Origin: an uncultured Gemmatimonadaceae bacterium
GTDB taxonomy: Bacteria > Gemmatimonadota > Gemmatimonadetes > Longimicrobiales > RSA9
Length of the DNA stretch: 64,000 nucleotides
Assembly (NCBI GenBank): GCA_964605205.1
Contig: CAZSBL010000002.1
Location: forward strand, 7,932 to 71,931
Direction of reading: 5' to 3'
In this document: one piece after another, positions 48,386 through 61,047 of the stretch
Numbering within the stretch: position 1 is the stretch's first letter
Layout: each line of letters starts with the position of its first letter
Position numbers and translations under genes: made by a program
The notes under the pieces: generated by a model
Told to the model about the DNA's origin: nothing
Seen by the model: the letters and a program-made list of their open reading frames with translations, nothing else
Database searches by the model: none

Positions 48386-49423
48386 ATGACCGACGTGGCC
48401 GTCGACCTTCGCAGTGACACCGTCACCCGGCCCACGCCGGGGATGCGCGAGGCGATCGCCGGCGCGGAGGTGGGCGACGACCAGCTCGGGGACGACCCGA
48501 CGGTCCGCCGCCTCGAAGAACGCGTGGCCGAGCTGCTGGGGAAGGAGAGGGCGCTCTTCTTCCCCAGCGGCATTATGGCCAACCAGACCGCCGTCGTGGT
48601 CCACGGCCGGCCGGGTACAGAGCTCGTGGTGGAGGCCACCGGCCACATCCGGGACTGGGAGGAGGCGGGTGCCGCCGCCTGGGCCGGCGTGCAGGTCCAC
48701 CCGGTGGCCACCGAAGATGGGATCCTGACCCCGAACCTCGTGCGCCGGGCCATCCGGCCCGCGTCCAACCCGTACCAGCCGGAAACGTCGCTGATCTGCG
48801 TCGAGAACACCCACAACGCCGCTGGCGGAAAGGTGTTGCCGCTGGACACGCTGAACGGGATACGGACGGTGGCGGATGAGCACGGGCTCCCCATCCACAT
48901 GGACGGCGCCCGGCTCTGGCACGCCGCCGTGGCGGTAGGCGTCAGCCTGGCCGACTATGCGGCACCCGCCGATACCGTCATGGTCACCCTCTCCAAAGGA
49001 CTGGGGTGCCCCGTCGGATCGCTCCTGGCAGGAACCGACGCCATGATCCAGCGGGCGTGGCGGGTGCGACGCCGCATGGGTGGGTCCATGCGGCAGTCCG
49101 GGATCCTGGCCGCCGCGGGGCTCTATGCCCTCGACCATCACCTCGACCGCCTGACCGAGGATCACCGCAACGCGGCGCTCCTGGCCGGGCTCGCAGCGGA
49201 CATCGATGGGATCGAGCCGGTTGCGCCCGAGACGAACATCGTCATGTTAAACATCTTGCGCGATGACCTCGACGCGGCGACCATAGTAGCCCGTCTCGCT
49301 GATCGCAGTGTGCGACTCAGCATGTTCTCTTCCACCCGCCTCCGCGCGGTTACGCACCTGGATGTCGATGAGGACGATGTGCGTGCCGCCATGGATGCGC
49401 TCGGTGATGTCTTTGCAGCCTAG
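48386..49423 (+). CDS. ltaE: Low-specificity L-threonine aldolase
   Basis: The sequence DLRSDTVTRPTPGMREAI...GDDQLGDDPTV...FPSGIMANQ...TLSKGLGCPVGS contains the PLP lysine. Confidence 0.88.
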   Translation: MTDVAVDLRSDTVTRPTPGMREAIAGAEVGDDQLGDDPTVRRLEERVAELLGKERALFFPSGIMANQTAVVVHGRPGTELVVEATGHIRDWEEAGAAAWAGVQVHPVATEDGILTPNLVRRAIRPASNPYQPETSLICVENTHNAAGGKVLPLDTLNGIRTVADEHGLPIHMDGARLWHAAVAVGVSLADYAAPADTVMVTLSKGLGCPVGSLLAGTDAMIQRAWRVRRRMGGSMRQSGILAAAGLYALDHHLDRLTEDHRNAALLAGLAADIDGIEPVAPETNIVMLNILRDDLDAATIVARLADRSVRLSMFSSTRLRAVTHLDVDEDDVRAAMDALGDVFAA

Positions 49424-49459
49424 TGTTGATGTCGATTTGATATCGAAAGGAGGAGCTGG

Positions 49460-49987
49460 ATGAGCAGAATCGCCTTCCTGGTCCCGCTGGTCGCCATGCT
49501 GGCGGCGTGTGGTGGTGGAGAGCCGCCGCCGGAGCCGCCGCCACCGGACACCGTGGTGCAGCTGGATACCATCACCATCACCCGGGAAGTGGAGCCGCCG
49601 CTCCCCGAGGGCCGACTCTCCACCATCTGCCTCGCCAACGGCCAGAACGTGGAGATCCGGATCTCGCCCGCCGGTGACACCCTCGTGGGCCCCCGACGCG
49701 TGGCGCTGAGCGACCTCGGTCCGGCCATCGGGTTCGTGGGCAGCTACGCCGGTGGCGAGAGCTGGTTCGTCGACGACGAGCCGCTGGAGTTCGAGAACCG
49801 CGAGTTCAGCAAGTTCGGACAGCCCGCCAGCCGGGACTGCCGCAGCATGAAGATCGTGGGCGACTTCCACGGCGTGAACGTCTTCGGCGAGGTCACGGCC
49901 TCCTCGCCGTTCCGGATCCTCTACGTACCGGTGGGGCCCGGCGTCTTCCAGTCGTACCAGGCACAGGTCGGACGCGTTCGCGGGTAG
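49460..49987 (+). CDS. Hypothetical lipoprotein
   Basis: The lipobox is LVAMLAAC and a Pro-rich linker follows. The RBS aaggagg lies upstream. No family was recognised. Confidence 0.55.
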   Translation: MSRIAFLVPLVAMLAACGGGEPPPEPPPPDTVVQLDTITITREVEPPLPEGRLSTICLANGQNVEIRISPAGDTLVGPRRVALSDLGPAIGFVGSYAGGESWFVDDEPLEFENREFSKFGQPASRDCRSMKIVGDFHGVNVFGEVTASSPFRILYVPVGPGVFQSYQAQVGRVRG

Positions 49988-50005
49988 CACGACCCAGCGG
50001 GGTCC

Positions 50006-50314
50006 CGTTCGTTCGCGGTGGAATCCCCCCCGTTCGCGCAGCAGCAGCCTAGCTGCTTCAGGCGAAGACGCGAAGAGGGGCTTCGAGCCGCGAAGCTCGA
50101 GCTCGCCGCAGGTGCTCCGTCATTCCGGCGGAGTCAGATTGCGGGTCATGGGTTCGGGCCGGCGGGTTCGGCCGGCGGGTTCGGGTTCGCTGTGGAGCCG
50201 GCACCGTCCGGGAAACCCAGCGCGCCGTGAGGGTGGCGTAGCCCGGCCCGCAGGCTTCCCCCCAGCTCTTGGCGTCTTCGGAGTTCTTCGCGCCTTTGCG
50301 TGAATGAACGAACG
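50006..50314 (-). repeat. Diverged, inverted relative of the MITE-like element, located in the recA upstream region
   Basis: Its reverse complement shares the order of blocks with copies 1 and 2: aggcgcgaag..., ttcccgg..., gaacccgaaccc..., ctccg...tcttcgc. It is bounded by the inverted motif cgttcgttcg (50006-50015) and gaacgaacg (50306-50314). It contains the tandem repeat ggttcgggccggcgggttcggccggcgggttcgggttcg. Confidence 0.45.
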
Positions 50315-50554
50315 TGGCCGTGCCGCGAGCTTTCCATCTCACCGGGGCCGTGAATCCGCCCTTGCATCGGAGCGAGGCAGGGGCTACACTGTCTTCGGTT
50401 TATATTCGGGACATCGAAAGACGGCCGATTCCGGCATGCAGTTGTCCCGTTGCGCCCTTCCGCCGGACTGGAGGGGCGGGCATCTTGGCAGAGACGACCC
50501 CATGCCGCCCCGTGCGGCAGGTATCGAGCGAACGAACCCGGCGACAGGTGAGTG

Positions 50555-51631
50555 ATGGCGGAGCTGACGAAGGAAAAGGAAAAGGCGCTGAACGTAGCGA
50601 TCCAGCAGATCGAGCGGGCGTACGGGAAGGGCTCGATCATGCGAATGGGCGAGGAGGGCGCCCGCACGGAAGTGGCGGCGATCTCGACGGGTGCCATCAA
50701 CCTGGACGCGGCTATCGGCATCGGGGGGATCCCGCGGGGTCGGGTCACGGAGGTGTACGGACCGGAAGCGAGCGGGAAGACCACGCTCTGTCTGCACATC
50801 ATCGCCAACGCCCAGCGAGAGGGTGGGGTGGCGGCGTTCGTGGACGCGGAGCACGCATTGGACATCCGCTATGCCCAGCAGCTGGGTGTTGACGTGGACA
50901 ACCTGCTGGTGAGCCAGCCGGACACGGGTGAGCAGGCTCTGGAGATTACGGAGGTGCTGATCCGGTCGGGGGCCATCGATGTGGTGGTGATCGACTCGGT
51001 GGCGGCGCTGGTGCCGCGGGCCGAGATCGAGGGGGAGATGGGCGACAGCCACGTCGGCCTGCAGGCGCGGCTGATGAGCCAGGCGATGCGGAAGATCACG
51101 GGCGCCGTGAACCGGTCGCGGACCTCGGTGGTGTTCACGAACCAGATCCGTGAGAAGATCGGTGTGATGTTCGGCAACCCGGAGACCACCACGGGTGGTA
51201 GGGCGCTGAAGTTCTACTGCTCTCTGCGGATGGACATCCGCCGGATCGGGGCGATCAAGGACGGGAACGAGCTGGTGGGGAACCGGACCCGGGTGAAGGT
51301 GGTGAAGAACAAGATGGCGCCGCCGTTCCGTCAGGCGGAGTTCGACATCATGTACAACGAGGGGATCAGCCACGCGGGGCTGATCCTGGACCTGGGCGAC
51401 GAGCTGGGGATCGTCGACAAGGCGGGCGCGTGGTACTCGTACGGCGAGACGCGCCTGGGCCAGGGCCGGGAGAACGCAAAGCAGTTCCTCAAGGAGAACG
51501 AGGACGTCTCCAAGGAGATCGAGGAGCAGGTCAAGATCGAGCTGGGGATGAAGGGCGGCGACCCCGCCTCTGATGATGACGATTCGGACGACGCCGATGA
51601 CGGCTCCGACGAGGGGTCCGACGACGAGTAG
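50555..51631 (+). CDS. recA: Recombinase RecA
   Basis: The sequence [26 protein letters not shown]...[13 protein letters not shown]...the L1/L2 loops are present. The C-terminal tail is unusually long and acidic. ATG 50555 is preferred over GTG 50552. Confidence 0.97.
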   Translation: MAELTKEKEKALNVAIQQIERAYGKGSIMRMGEEGARTEVAAISTGAINLDAAIGIGGIPRGRVTEVYGPEASGKTTLCLHIIANAQREGGVAAFVDAEHALDIRYAQQLGVDVDNLLVSQPDTGEQALEITEVLIRSGAIDVVVIDSVAALVPRAEIEGEMGDSHVGLQARLMSQAMRKITGAVNRSRTSVVFTNQIREKIGVMFGNPETTTGGRALKFYCSLRMDIRRIGAIKDGNELVGNRTRVKVVKNKMAPPFRQAEFDIMYNEGISHAGLILDLGDELGIVDKAGAWYSYGETRLGQGRENAKQFLKENEDVSKEIEEQVKIELGMKGGDPASDDDDSDDADDGSDEGSDDE

Positions 51632-51659
51632 CGGCCCGCCGCGGGGGCCTCGTTTATTC
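51632..51659 (+). terminator. Candidate terminator after recA
   Basis: A GC hairpin, ggcccgc...gcgggggcc, is followed by tcgtttattcc. Confidence 0.4.
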
Positions 51660-51701
51660 CGTGGCCATCGTGGGCGCGGCGGGCTCATGCCGCCCGGTGG
51701 G

Positions 51702-52961
51702 CTATCCGGCGGTTTCCACCGCCGTACCGGTGTCGATCGTCATCCGCGCCACGTACTGGACGTGGAGGTCGTCGCGGAGCATGCCCCAGAGGTCGCCATC
51801 GATGAAGGAGAGGGGAGTGAAGCGGGCCGGCATCTCCAGGGTGCCGAGGTAGCGGCCCTGGTCGTCGAAGATCTCCCAGGTGGCGCTGCCCATGTCCTGG
51901 ATGTCGAAGGTGCCGCCGGCTTCGCGGATCTCGTCGGGCGTCTGGATCCGCTGGACCCAGAGGCTGCCTTCCGGTCCGCCCATGATGTTGGCGTAGGCCG
52001 GGTAGAACTCGGCGAATCCTAGGGCCTGCGACATCACGCCGAGCGCCTCCGGCGGCATTCCCTGGTCGCGCCAGAGCCCTTCCACGATGCGGCGGAAATC
52101 GGCCTGGTCGCTGTCGCTGATGGTGCGGCGCTCGAACGGCTTCCGGACGATCCGGAGCAGCTGGCCATCGGGCCCGTGCGTCTCGAGGCTGTATTCGGAG
52201 TTCACGCCGGTGTACAGGCGGCCGTCGGGCCCCAGCGTCCACATCGGCTCGGACTCGAATAGGGTGATGTTGGGCGTGTTGCCGGCGAAGCTGACCGAGC
52301 CGCCGATGGGCATCTCGACGAGCGTGTCGATCACCGCTCCCGAAGGCTCGCGCCGGATGAGCAGGTTCTTCTGTTCCACGTCCTCCTGGCCGGGGAACGC
52401 CATGACCATGGCCTGCTGTACAAGGTCGTTGCCCGGTGTCTCCATCCACTTGACCGAGATCCCGCTGGTCATGGGGAGTTGATGGCTGCCGGCCGGCTCG
52501 CCATCGGCTGTGTACAGGGTGATGCGCTGCTGCGCGGCATCGGGCACCACCACCGTGTCGCCGGACGTGACGAAGACCGGGCCCGCCCCCAGCCCCAGCT
52601 CACCGGGCCCCGCCCCGCCCTGGCCGATGATGCGTACGTACTCGCCCTCGGGTGAGAAGACCCGGACTTCCTGGGCCTGCTGATCGATCACGTAGATCCG
52701 GCCATCCTCGCCCACGTCGATGCCGGCGATCTGGCCGAACTGGTACGCGGGCTCCCCTTCCGCCGTCCCGATCACCAGCTCCTGCTCCACGGTCCAGGCA
52801 TCGCCGGGGCCCCAGAGCCCATCACCGGCGTTCATGACGATCTCCACGCCGGCGCTGTCGGTGACCGTGCCCTGCCAATCACCGCCGCTCTCGCCGCACG
52901 CGGTAAGGAACAACAGTGCGGCGGTGGCCAGCGGTCCGAGGTGCTTCCAACGGCGCTTCAT
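51702..52961 (-). CDS. Lipoprotein with a 6-bladed beta-propeller (NHL/TolB-like) architecture
   Basis: I re-called the start at MKRRWKHLGPLATAALLFLTAC (lipobox). Blade-like repeats are present: GIDVGEDGRIYVIDQQAQEVRVFSPEGEYV, TVVVPDAAQQRITLYTADGE and others. Confidence 0.65.
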   Translation of the reverse strand: MKRRWKHLGPLATAALLFLTACGESGGDWQGTVTDSAGVEIVMNAGDGLWGPGDAWTVEQELVIGTAEGEPAYQFGQIAGIDVGEDGRIYVIDQQAQEVRVFSPEGEYVRIIGQGGAGPGELGLGAGPVFVTSGDTVVVPDAAQQRITLYTADGEPAGSHQLPMTSGISVKWMETPGNDLVQQAMVMAFPGQEDVEQKNLLIRREPSGAVIDTLVEMPIGGSVSFAGNTPNITLFESEPMWTLGPDGRLYTGVNSEYSLETHGPDGQLLRIVRKPFERRTISDSDQADFRRIVEGLWRDQGMPPEALGVMSQALGFAEFYPAYANIMGGPEGSLWVQRIQTPDEIREAGGTFDIQDMGSATWEIFDDQGRYLGTLEMPARFTPLSFIDGDLWGMLRDDLHVQYVARMTIDTGTAVETAG

Positions 52962-53039
52962 GTGACTTCTCCGTTCAGTTGTTGCAGCGTGTCGGTTCCG
53001 GTGCACGTACGCGGGTCCGGTCGCCTCGCTTCAAGGGCT

Positions 53040-53252
53040 TCATTCTTCGCCCTCGGCGCTGGCCTCGTAGAGGAAGATCTTCGGGATCGGGACATCGAAT
53101 ACCCGGCTGATCTCGAACGCCAGCGGCAGGCTCGGGTCGTACCGCTCGTTCTCGATGGCGTTCACCGTCTGGCGGGAGACGCCGAGCCGCTCCGCCAGGT
53201 CGGCCTGCGACCACCCCCGCTCCGCGCGGTGTACGCGAATCCGGTTCTTCAT
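53040..53252 (-). CDS. XRE-family (YozG/HTH_26-like) transcriptional regulator, 70 aa
   Basis: The sequence MKNRIRVHRAERGWSQADLAERLGVSRQTVNAIENERYDPSLPLAFEISRVF is a canonical short XRE HTH. An ATGA overlap links it to the upstream membrane protein gene. Confidence 0.85.
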   Translation of the reverse strand: MKNRIRVHRAERGWSQADLAERLGVSRQTVNAIENERYDPSLPLAFEISRVFDVPIPKIFLYEASAEGEE

Positions 53253-53731
53253 CGGTACTGCCGGGCCAGGTGCGCCAGCGCCAGACCCCTGAAGACCTCG
53301 GCGAACACCGGCAGCACCAGAAGCTCCCTTGGCGCCCGCGGGGTAGGGGCGATCCACGCCACCGCCAAGCCCACCGCCATGAGCGTCATGGCGGCCCCGT
53401 ACCCGAAGGCGAACGCCTTCAGCTGCAGCATCTGGCTCAACTCATCGAGGGATCGCAGATAGCGTGAGTAGGCCCACCAGATCCCGATCACCGACGCGGG
53501 AATCCCAAGCACCCACAGGAGGTCGGGCAGCGCGTGATATCCGTCCCGGGCACCACTCGTGAACATGCATACCACGAACAGCGCCATGAACGCATTCGTG
53601 CGCCGTGACAGCCGCTTCCCGGCCGGCGTGTTCTGCCCGAAGTACCCGAACAGCAGAAGGGTCGTGTAAGGCCATTCGGCGGGGTCCTCGATGGGGTCGT
53701 TGCGGCGGTCCGCGTTCGAATGCTCCGACAT
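53249..53731 (-). CDS. Hypothetical 4-TM membrane protein co-transcribed with the XRE regulator
   Basis: The RBS gggaggggtt precedes the ATG at 53731. Hydrophobic helices are predicted. The pairing of a small XRE gene with a membrane protein gene is a recurrent two-gene arrangement. Confidence 0.6.
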   Translation of the reverse strand: MSEHSNADRRNDPIEDPAEWPYTTLLLFGYFGQNTPAGKRLSRRTNAFMALFVVCMFTSGARDGYHALPDLLWVLGIPASVIGIWWAYSRYLRSLDELSQMLQLKAFAFGYGAAMTLMAVGLAVAWIAPTPRAPRELLVLPVFAEVFRGLALAHLARQYR

Positions 53732-53781
53732 AACCCCTCCCGTGGCGAGTGTGGGCCCAATGTAAAGGAACGGCTCCATTA

Positions 53782-53799
53782 TGTAAAGGATACTTTACA
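53782..53799. promoter_or_regulatory. Perfect 7-4-7 palindrome TGTAAAG-GATA-CTTTACA (candidate XRE operator), plus an extra half-site TGTAAAGGA at 53761-53769
   Basis: This was read directly from the sequence. It is an AT-rich island in very GC-rich DNA, 51-68 nt upstream of the membrane/XRE operon start. On the minus strand it abuts a CATAAT -10-like hexamer. Confidence 0.5.
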
Positions 53800-53974
53800 G
53801 CCAGCGTGGGCGCCGACCGCGGTAGTGGGATGGGTCGGTGTGGCGAGCACGACGCCGGATGTACCCTGAGGCGGGCTTCGGGGTACAGCCCTTGCCGGTG
53901 CTTCGCATCGGGGGAGCCAGCCTCTATATTGGGCGTTTGGCTCGAGGCCGCATCAACCAGTCGACGAAGCGAGC

Positions 53975-56604
<2,630 letters not shown>

Positions 56605-56608
<4 letters not shown>

Positions 56609-56919
56609 CGGACGCGGCTCGTTGGCTCGACGCCCGGCGGGAGCCGGCGCCGCCGTCGGTCCGTGCCGAGATCGACGGGCTGCTGGTGGAGACCGACGCG
56701 TCGAGAGCACTGCACGACCGATTCGCGGCGGCGGCGCTGATCGCGCTCCAGGGGGTGGTGGACGGCCCGTCGGACCGGGCCTCCGCCATGACGCTCCTGG
56801 CCGCGGACGCGCTGTTGACTTATGCGTGTGAGGCGGCGGCGGAGGTGGGCCCGGAAGCGCTGGAGTCGCTCACCGTGTCGCTGGACTTCGACCGTTTCTC
56901 GGAGCTGATGACGCGATGA
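56605..56919 (+). CDS. Hypothetical small protein (104 aa)
   Basis: The coding bias is good. A GTGA overlap links it to the alaS stop, and an ATGA overlap links it to gmhA. No family was recognised. Confidence 0.5.
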
Positions 56920-57512
56920 GGAGTCCCGCTGTGGAGCGGACGCAGGCGCGCCTGAGCGCGCTGGCCGAGCTGGCCACGCGGGTGGCCGAGGAGATGGCCG
57001 GCGAGGTGGCGGAGGTGGCCGCCGTGGCCGCGGAGGCGGTGCTGGCCGGGAAGAAGCTGATGTTCTGCGGCAATGGCGGCTCTGCGGCCGACGCGCAGCA
57101 TCTGGCCACCGAGTACGTGGTCCGGTTCCGGGATGACCGCCCGGCGCTGCCCGCGCTGGCGCTGACCACCGACACGTCGCTGCTGACGGCCGGCGCCAAT
57201 GACCTGGGCTTCGAGCGGGTCTTCGCCCGGCAGGTGGACGCGCTGGGCCAGCGCGGTGATGTCCTCTTCCTGCACAGTACGTCGGGCAGCTCACCGAACC
57301 TGCTCCGGGCGGCGGAGATGGCCCGGGAGCGGGGCGTGACCACGGTGGCCATGCTGGCGAAGGGTGGAGGCGAGCTGAAGGGGCTGGTTGACCACGCCGT
57401 GATCCTGCCCACCGACGAGGGCGCTCACGCCCAGGAGCTGCAGCTGGCCATCGGGCACATCATCTGTGAACTCGTGGAAGAGCGCTATCATGCGGATCGA
57501 TCTGAAGGGTAA
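56916..57512 (+). CDS. gmhA: SIS-domain phosphoheptose isomerase (GmhA/DiaA family)
   Basis: The sequence GKKLMFCGNGGSAADAQHLATEYV...TTDTSLLTAGANDLGF...FLHSTSGSSPN matches the family. Confidence 0.8.
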   Translation: MRSPAVERTQARLSALAELATRVAEEMAGEVAEVAAVAAEAVLAGKKLMFCGNGGSAADAQHLATEYVVRFRDDRPALPALALTTDTSLLTAGANDLGFERVFARQVDALGQRGDVLFLHSTSGSSPNLLRAAEMARERGVTTVAMLAKGGGELKGLVDHAVILPTDEGAHAQELQLAIGHIICELVEERYHADRSEG

Positions 57513-58248
57513 GCGGGCGCTGGTCACGGGCGGGTCGAGGGGCGTGGGCGCCGCCACGGCCCGGATGCTGGCGAAGGCCGGGGCCGATGTGGGGATCTCG
57601 TACCGGTCCCGGCGGCAGGAGGCCGACGCGCTGGTGGAGGAGCTGCGGGGGCTGGGTGTGGGGGCGTTCGCCCACGCCGGAGACCTGGCGGAGCCGGAGG
57701 AGGTGGAGGAGCTGTTCCAGAAGGCGGAGACGGAGTTCGGCGGGTTGGACATCCTGGTGGCGAACGCCGGGGTCTGGCCGCCGGAAGACGTGCCCATCGC
57801 CGAGATGAGCACCGCCCAGTGGCGTCGCACGCTCGGCGTGAACCTGGACGGTGTATTCTACTGCGTCCGGGCGGCGGCACGGATGCTGTCGGACGAGGGT
57901 CGGATCGTGATCGTCGGCTCGACGGCCGGCCAGCGGGGCGAGGCCAACCACGGCGACTACGCGGCGTCGAAGGGGGCGCTGGGCTCGCTGGTGAAGGGCG
58001 TGGCTGTGGAGCTGGGCCCCCGGGACATCACGGTCAACTGCGTGGCTCCCGGCTGGATCGACACCGAGATGGCCGAGGTGCCGTACGCCGAGGGCGGGCG
58101 GGAGGAGATCGAGGCGACGATCCCCCTGGGCCGCGTGGCGTCGGCCGACGACGTGGCGGGTCCGATCCTCTTCCTCTGCTCGCCGCTGGCCCGTCACGTG
58201 ACGGGCGAGATCATGAACGTCAATGGAGGTGCCGTACTCTGCGGGTAA
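57490..58248 (+). CDS. Short-chain dehydrogenase/reductase (FabG-like)
   Basis: The motifs KRALVTGGSRGVGAA, NAG and the catalytic YAASKGAL are present, followed by PGWIDTEM. I re-called the start at MRIDLKG. Confidence 0.85.
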   Translation: MRIDLKGKRALVTGGSRGVGAATARMLAKAGADVGISYRSRRQEADALVEELRGLGVGAFAHAGDLAEPEEVEELFQKAETEFGGLDILVANAGVWPPEDVPIAEMSTAQWRRTLGVNLDGVFYCVRAAARMLSDEGRIVIVGSTAGQRGEANHGDYAASKGALGSLVKGVAVELGPRDITVNCVAPGWIDTEMAEVPYAEGGREEIEATIPLGRVASADDVAGPILFLCSPLARHVTGEIMNVNGGAVLCG

Positions 58249-59645
58249 TGGAGCTGGACCCCCCGGACGCCGTCCGGGCCATCGCGCGGCAGCTGGAGGA
58301 CGCCGGCTACGAGACGTGGGCGGTGGGTGGCGCGGTACGCGACCGGATCGCCGGGATCCCCGCCGGCGACTGGGACCTGGCCACCCGGGCCACCCCCGAG
58401 GAGGTCATGGATCTCTTCCGCCGCACCGTGCCCATCGGGGTCGACCACGGCACGGTGGGCGTGCTCCAGGGCGATGCGCTCTACGAGGTGACCACCTTCC
58501 GCCGTGACGTGGAGACCTTCGGCCGTCACGCCGTGGTGGAGTACGCCGACTCCATCGAGGAGGACCTCTCCCGCCGGGACTTCACCATCAACGCGCTGGC
58601 GTGGCACCCGCTGCGGGGCGAGCTGATGGATCCCTACCGTGGCGCCCGGGACCTGGAGGAGGGCCGGCTGCGGACCGTGGACGAGCCCGGGGAGCGGTTC
58701 GCCGAGGACTACCTGCGGGTGCTCCGGGCGCTCCGCTTCGCCAGCCGGTTCGAGCTGGAGATCGAGCCGGACACCTGGGCGGCGCTGAAGGACGCGGTGG
58801 GCCACCTCGACGGGCTCTCCGCGGAGCGGGTGCGAGAGGAGCTGTACAAGATCATGGCCGGGATCCGGACCGCGTCGCGGTCGCTGGAGCTGTACCACCG
58901 GGCGGGGGTGCTCCCGGTCTGGTACCCGGAGCTGGCTGCGGTGGTGCAGGAGCTGCCCGATGGCGGGGGTGAGGTGTGGGCGCTGAGCCTGCGGGCGGTG
59001 GACGCGTTGCCGCCGTCGCGGTCGACGCTGCGGGTGGCGGCGCTCCTGCACGCCGTGGGCATGCCCGCCGCCCGGACGAAGGACCTGCGGGGCGGCTGGC
59101 GGTACACCGGGCATGAGGTGCTGGGCGGGAAGAAGGCCGAAGACGTCATGCGTCGTCTGAAGGCTTCCAACGCGGACATCGACCGGGTCTCGCGGCTCGT
59201 GCGGCACCAGCCCGAGCTGTTCCCGCCCGACTCGCCGGACCCGGTGGTGCGGCGCTGGCTCCGGCACGTGGGCACCGACCTGGTCTACGACCTCTTCCGG
59301 CTCCGGTTCGCCCTCTGGCGGGCGGCAAGGCCCGGCGCCGCCGTGGACGCCGCGGCCGTGGAGGGGGAGGCCGCCGGCCCGGGTGGCCCGGGCGGCCCGG
59401 ACCCCCGTCCCGCCGACCTGCTGGAGCGGTGGGCGAAGGTGCGCCGGGTGCTCCGGGAAGACCCGCCGCTCTCCACCGACGCGCTGGCCATCGGCGGACA
59501 CGACCTGATGGGGCTGGGGCTCGAGCCGGGGCCGGTCTTCAAGGAGATCCTGGAGGAGCTGCTTGACCGGGTCATGGAAGAGCCGTCGCTGAACGCCCGG
59601 GAGGCGCTCCTGGAGATGGTCCGGGAGGAGTGGCTCGATGAGTGA
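58248..59645 (+). CDS. cca: CCA-adding enzyme / poly(A) polymerase family tRNA nucleotidyltransferase with an HD-like domain
   Basis: The sequence [13 protein letters not shown]...DWDLAT...GVDHGTVGV...YEVTTFRRD...[11 protein letters not shown]...[14 protein letters not shown] matches the family. A TAATG overlap links it to the SDR stop. The track ORF 57819.. is over-extended. Confidence 0.85.
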   Translation: MELDPPDAVRAIARQLEDAGYETWAVGGAVRDRIAGIPAGDWDLATRATPEEVMDLFRRTVPIGVDHGTVGVLQGDALYEVTTFRRDVETFGRHAVVEYADSIEEDLSRRDFTINALAWHPLRGELMDPYRGARDLEEGRLRTVDEPGERFAEDYLRVLRALRFASRFELEIEPDTWAALKDAVGHLDGLSAERVREELYKIMAGIRTASRSLELYHRAGVLPVWYPELAAVVQELPDGGGEVWALSLRAVDALPPSRSTLRVAALLHAVGMPAARTKDLRGGWRYTGHEVLGGKKAEDVMRRLKASNADIDRVSRLVRHQPELFPPDSPDPVVRRWLRHVGTDLVYDLFRLRFALWRAARPGAAVDAAAVEGEAAGPGGPGGPDPRPADLLERWAKVRRVLREDPPLSTDALAIGGHDLMGLGLEPGPVFKEILEELLDRVMEEPSLNAREALLEMVREEWLDE

Positions 59646-61047
59646 CCTGGAGCTGTTCCCCGACCGGGCGCCGGGTGACCAGGACGGCCCGGGCGGCGGA
59701 ACCCGCGCCCCGGACGACCCGAACGCCCCGCTGGCCGCCCGGATGCGGCCCCGTACGCTGGACGCGTTCGTGGGCCAGGAGCACATCCTGGGTGAAGGCC
59801 GGGCGCTGCGGGAGCTGATCGAGAAGGACGAGGTGGGCAGCCTGATCCTCTGGGGACCGCCGGGGACGGGGAAGACCACCATCGCCCGGGTCATCGCCGA
59901 GCGCACCGACGCGGCGTACGTCCCGTTCAGCGCCGTGACCGAGGGCATCCCCCGGGTGCGGGAGATCATCAAGGAGGCGGAGACCCGGCTCCGGGCCACG
60001 GGCCGGCGCACGATCCTCTTCTGTGACGAGATCCACCGCTTCAACAAGGCGCAGCAGGACGCCTTCCTGCCCCACGTGGAGGCCGGGACGGTCTCACTGA
60101 TCGGGGCCACCACGGAGAACCCTTCGTTCGAGGTGATCGGCGCGCTGCTGAGCCGGGCCCGGGTCTTCGTGCTGGAGCCGCTGGAGGCGGACGAGCTCGA
60201 GACCATCCTCCGGCGGGCGCTGGCCGACGAAGACCGCGGGCTCGGCGGCCGCGGCCTCGAGGTGACCGACGGGGCGGTCGCGCTGATGGCGGAGCAGGCC
60301 GATGGCGATGCCCGCCGGGCGCTGAACGCGCTGGAGACCGCCGCCACGCTGGCGGGTGAGGGCGGCACGGTGGACGAGGATCGGGCCCGGGAGGCGCTCC
60401 AGCGGCGGTTCGCCCGTTACGACAAGAGCGGTGAGGAGCACTACAACCTGATCTCCGCGCTCCACAAATCGATCCGGGGCAGCGATCCGGACGGGGCGCT
60501 CTACTGGCTCGCCCGGATGCTGGAGGGCGGCGAGGCGCCGCTCTACATCGCCCGGCGGCTGATCCGGATGGCGGTGGAAGACATCGGGCTGTCGGACCCG
60601 ACGGCGCTGGAGGTGACGGTGGCCGCCCGGGACGCGTATCACATGCTCGGCTCGCCGGAGGGCGACCTGGCACTGGCGGAGGCGGCGGTCTACCTGGCCA
60701 CGGCGCCGAAGTCGAACCGCCTGTACACGGCGTTCGGCGCGGCCCGGGCGGCGGCCCGGGACACGCCGGCCGCGCCGGTCCCGCTCCATATCCGGAACGC
60801 GCCCACGGAGCTGATGGACGAGCTGGGCTACGGGAAGGGGTACAGCTACGCGTTCGAGTCCGAGGACCATATCACCGCGCAGGAGTACCTGCCGGAATCG
60901 CTGCGGGGTATCACGTTCTACGAGCCGAGCCGCTTCGGCCACGAGAAGCGGATCACCGAGCGGCTGGCGTGGTGGGCCGAGCGGCGCCGTGAGACCGAGG
61001 CCCCGAAGAACCCGTCGGACGATGACGGTGTACCAGGCGATCAATGA
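59638..61047 (+). CDS. rarA: Replication-associated recombination protein A (AAA+ ATPase)
   Basis: The sequence [14 protein letters not shown]...[19 protein letters not shown]...[22 protein letters not shown]...[23 protein letters not shown] matches RarA. Confidence 0.93.
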   Translation: MSDLELFPDRAPGDQDGPGGGTRAPDDPNAPLAARMRPRTLDAFVGQEHILGEGRALRELIEKDEVGSLILWGPPGTGKTTIARVIAERTDAAYVPFSAVTEGIPRVREIIKEAETRLRATGRRTILFCDEIHRFNKAQQDAFLPHVEAGTVSLIGATTENPSFEVIGALLSRARVFVLEPLEADELETILRRALADEDRGLGGRGLEVTDGAVALMAEQADGDARRALNALETAATLAGEGGTVDEDRAREALQRRFARYDKSGEEHYNLISALHKSIRGSDPDGALYWLARMLEGGEAPLYIARRLIRMAVEDIGLSDPTALEVTVAARDAYHMLGSPEGDLALAEAAVYLATAPKSNRLYTAFGAARAAARDTPAAPVPLHIRNAPTELMDELGYGKGYSYAFESEDHITAQEYLPESLRGITFYEPSRFGHEKRITERLAWWAERRRETEAPKNPSDDDGVPGDQ

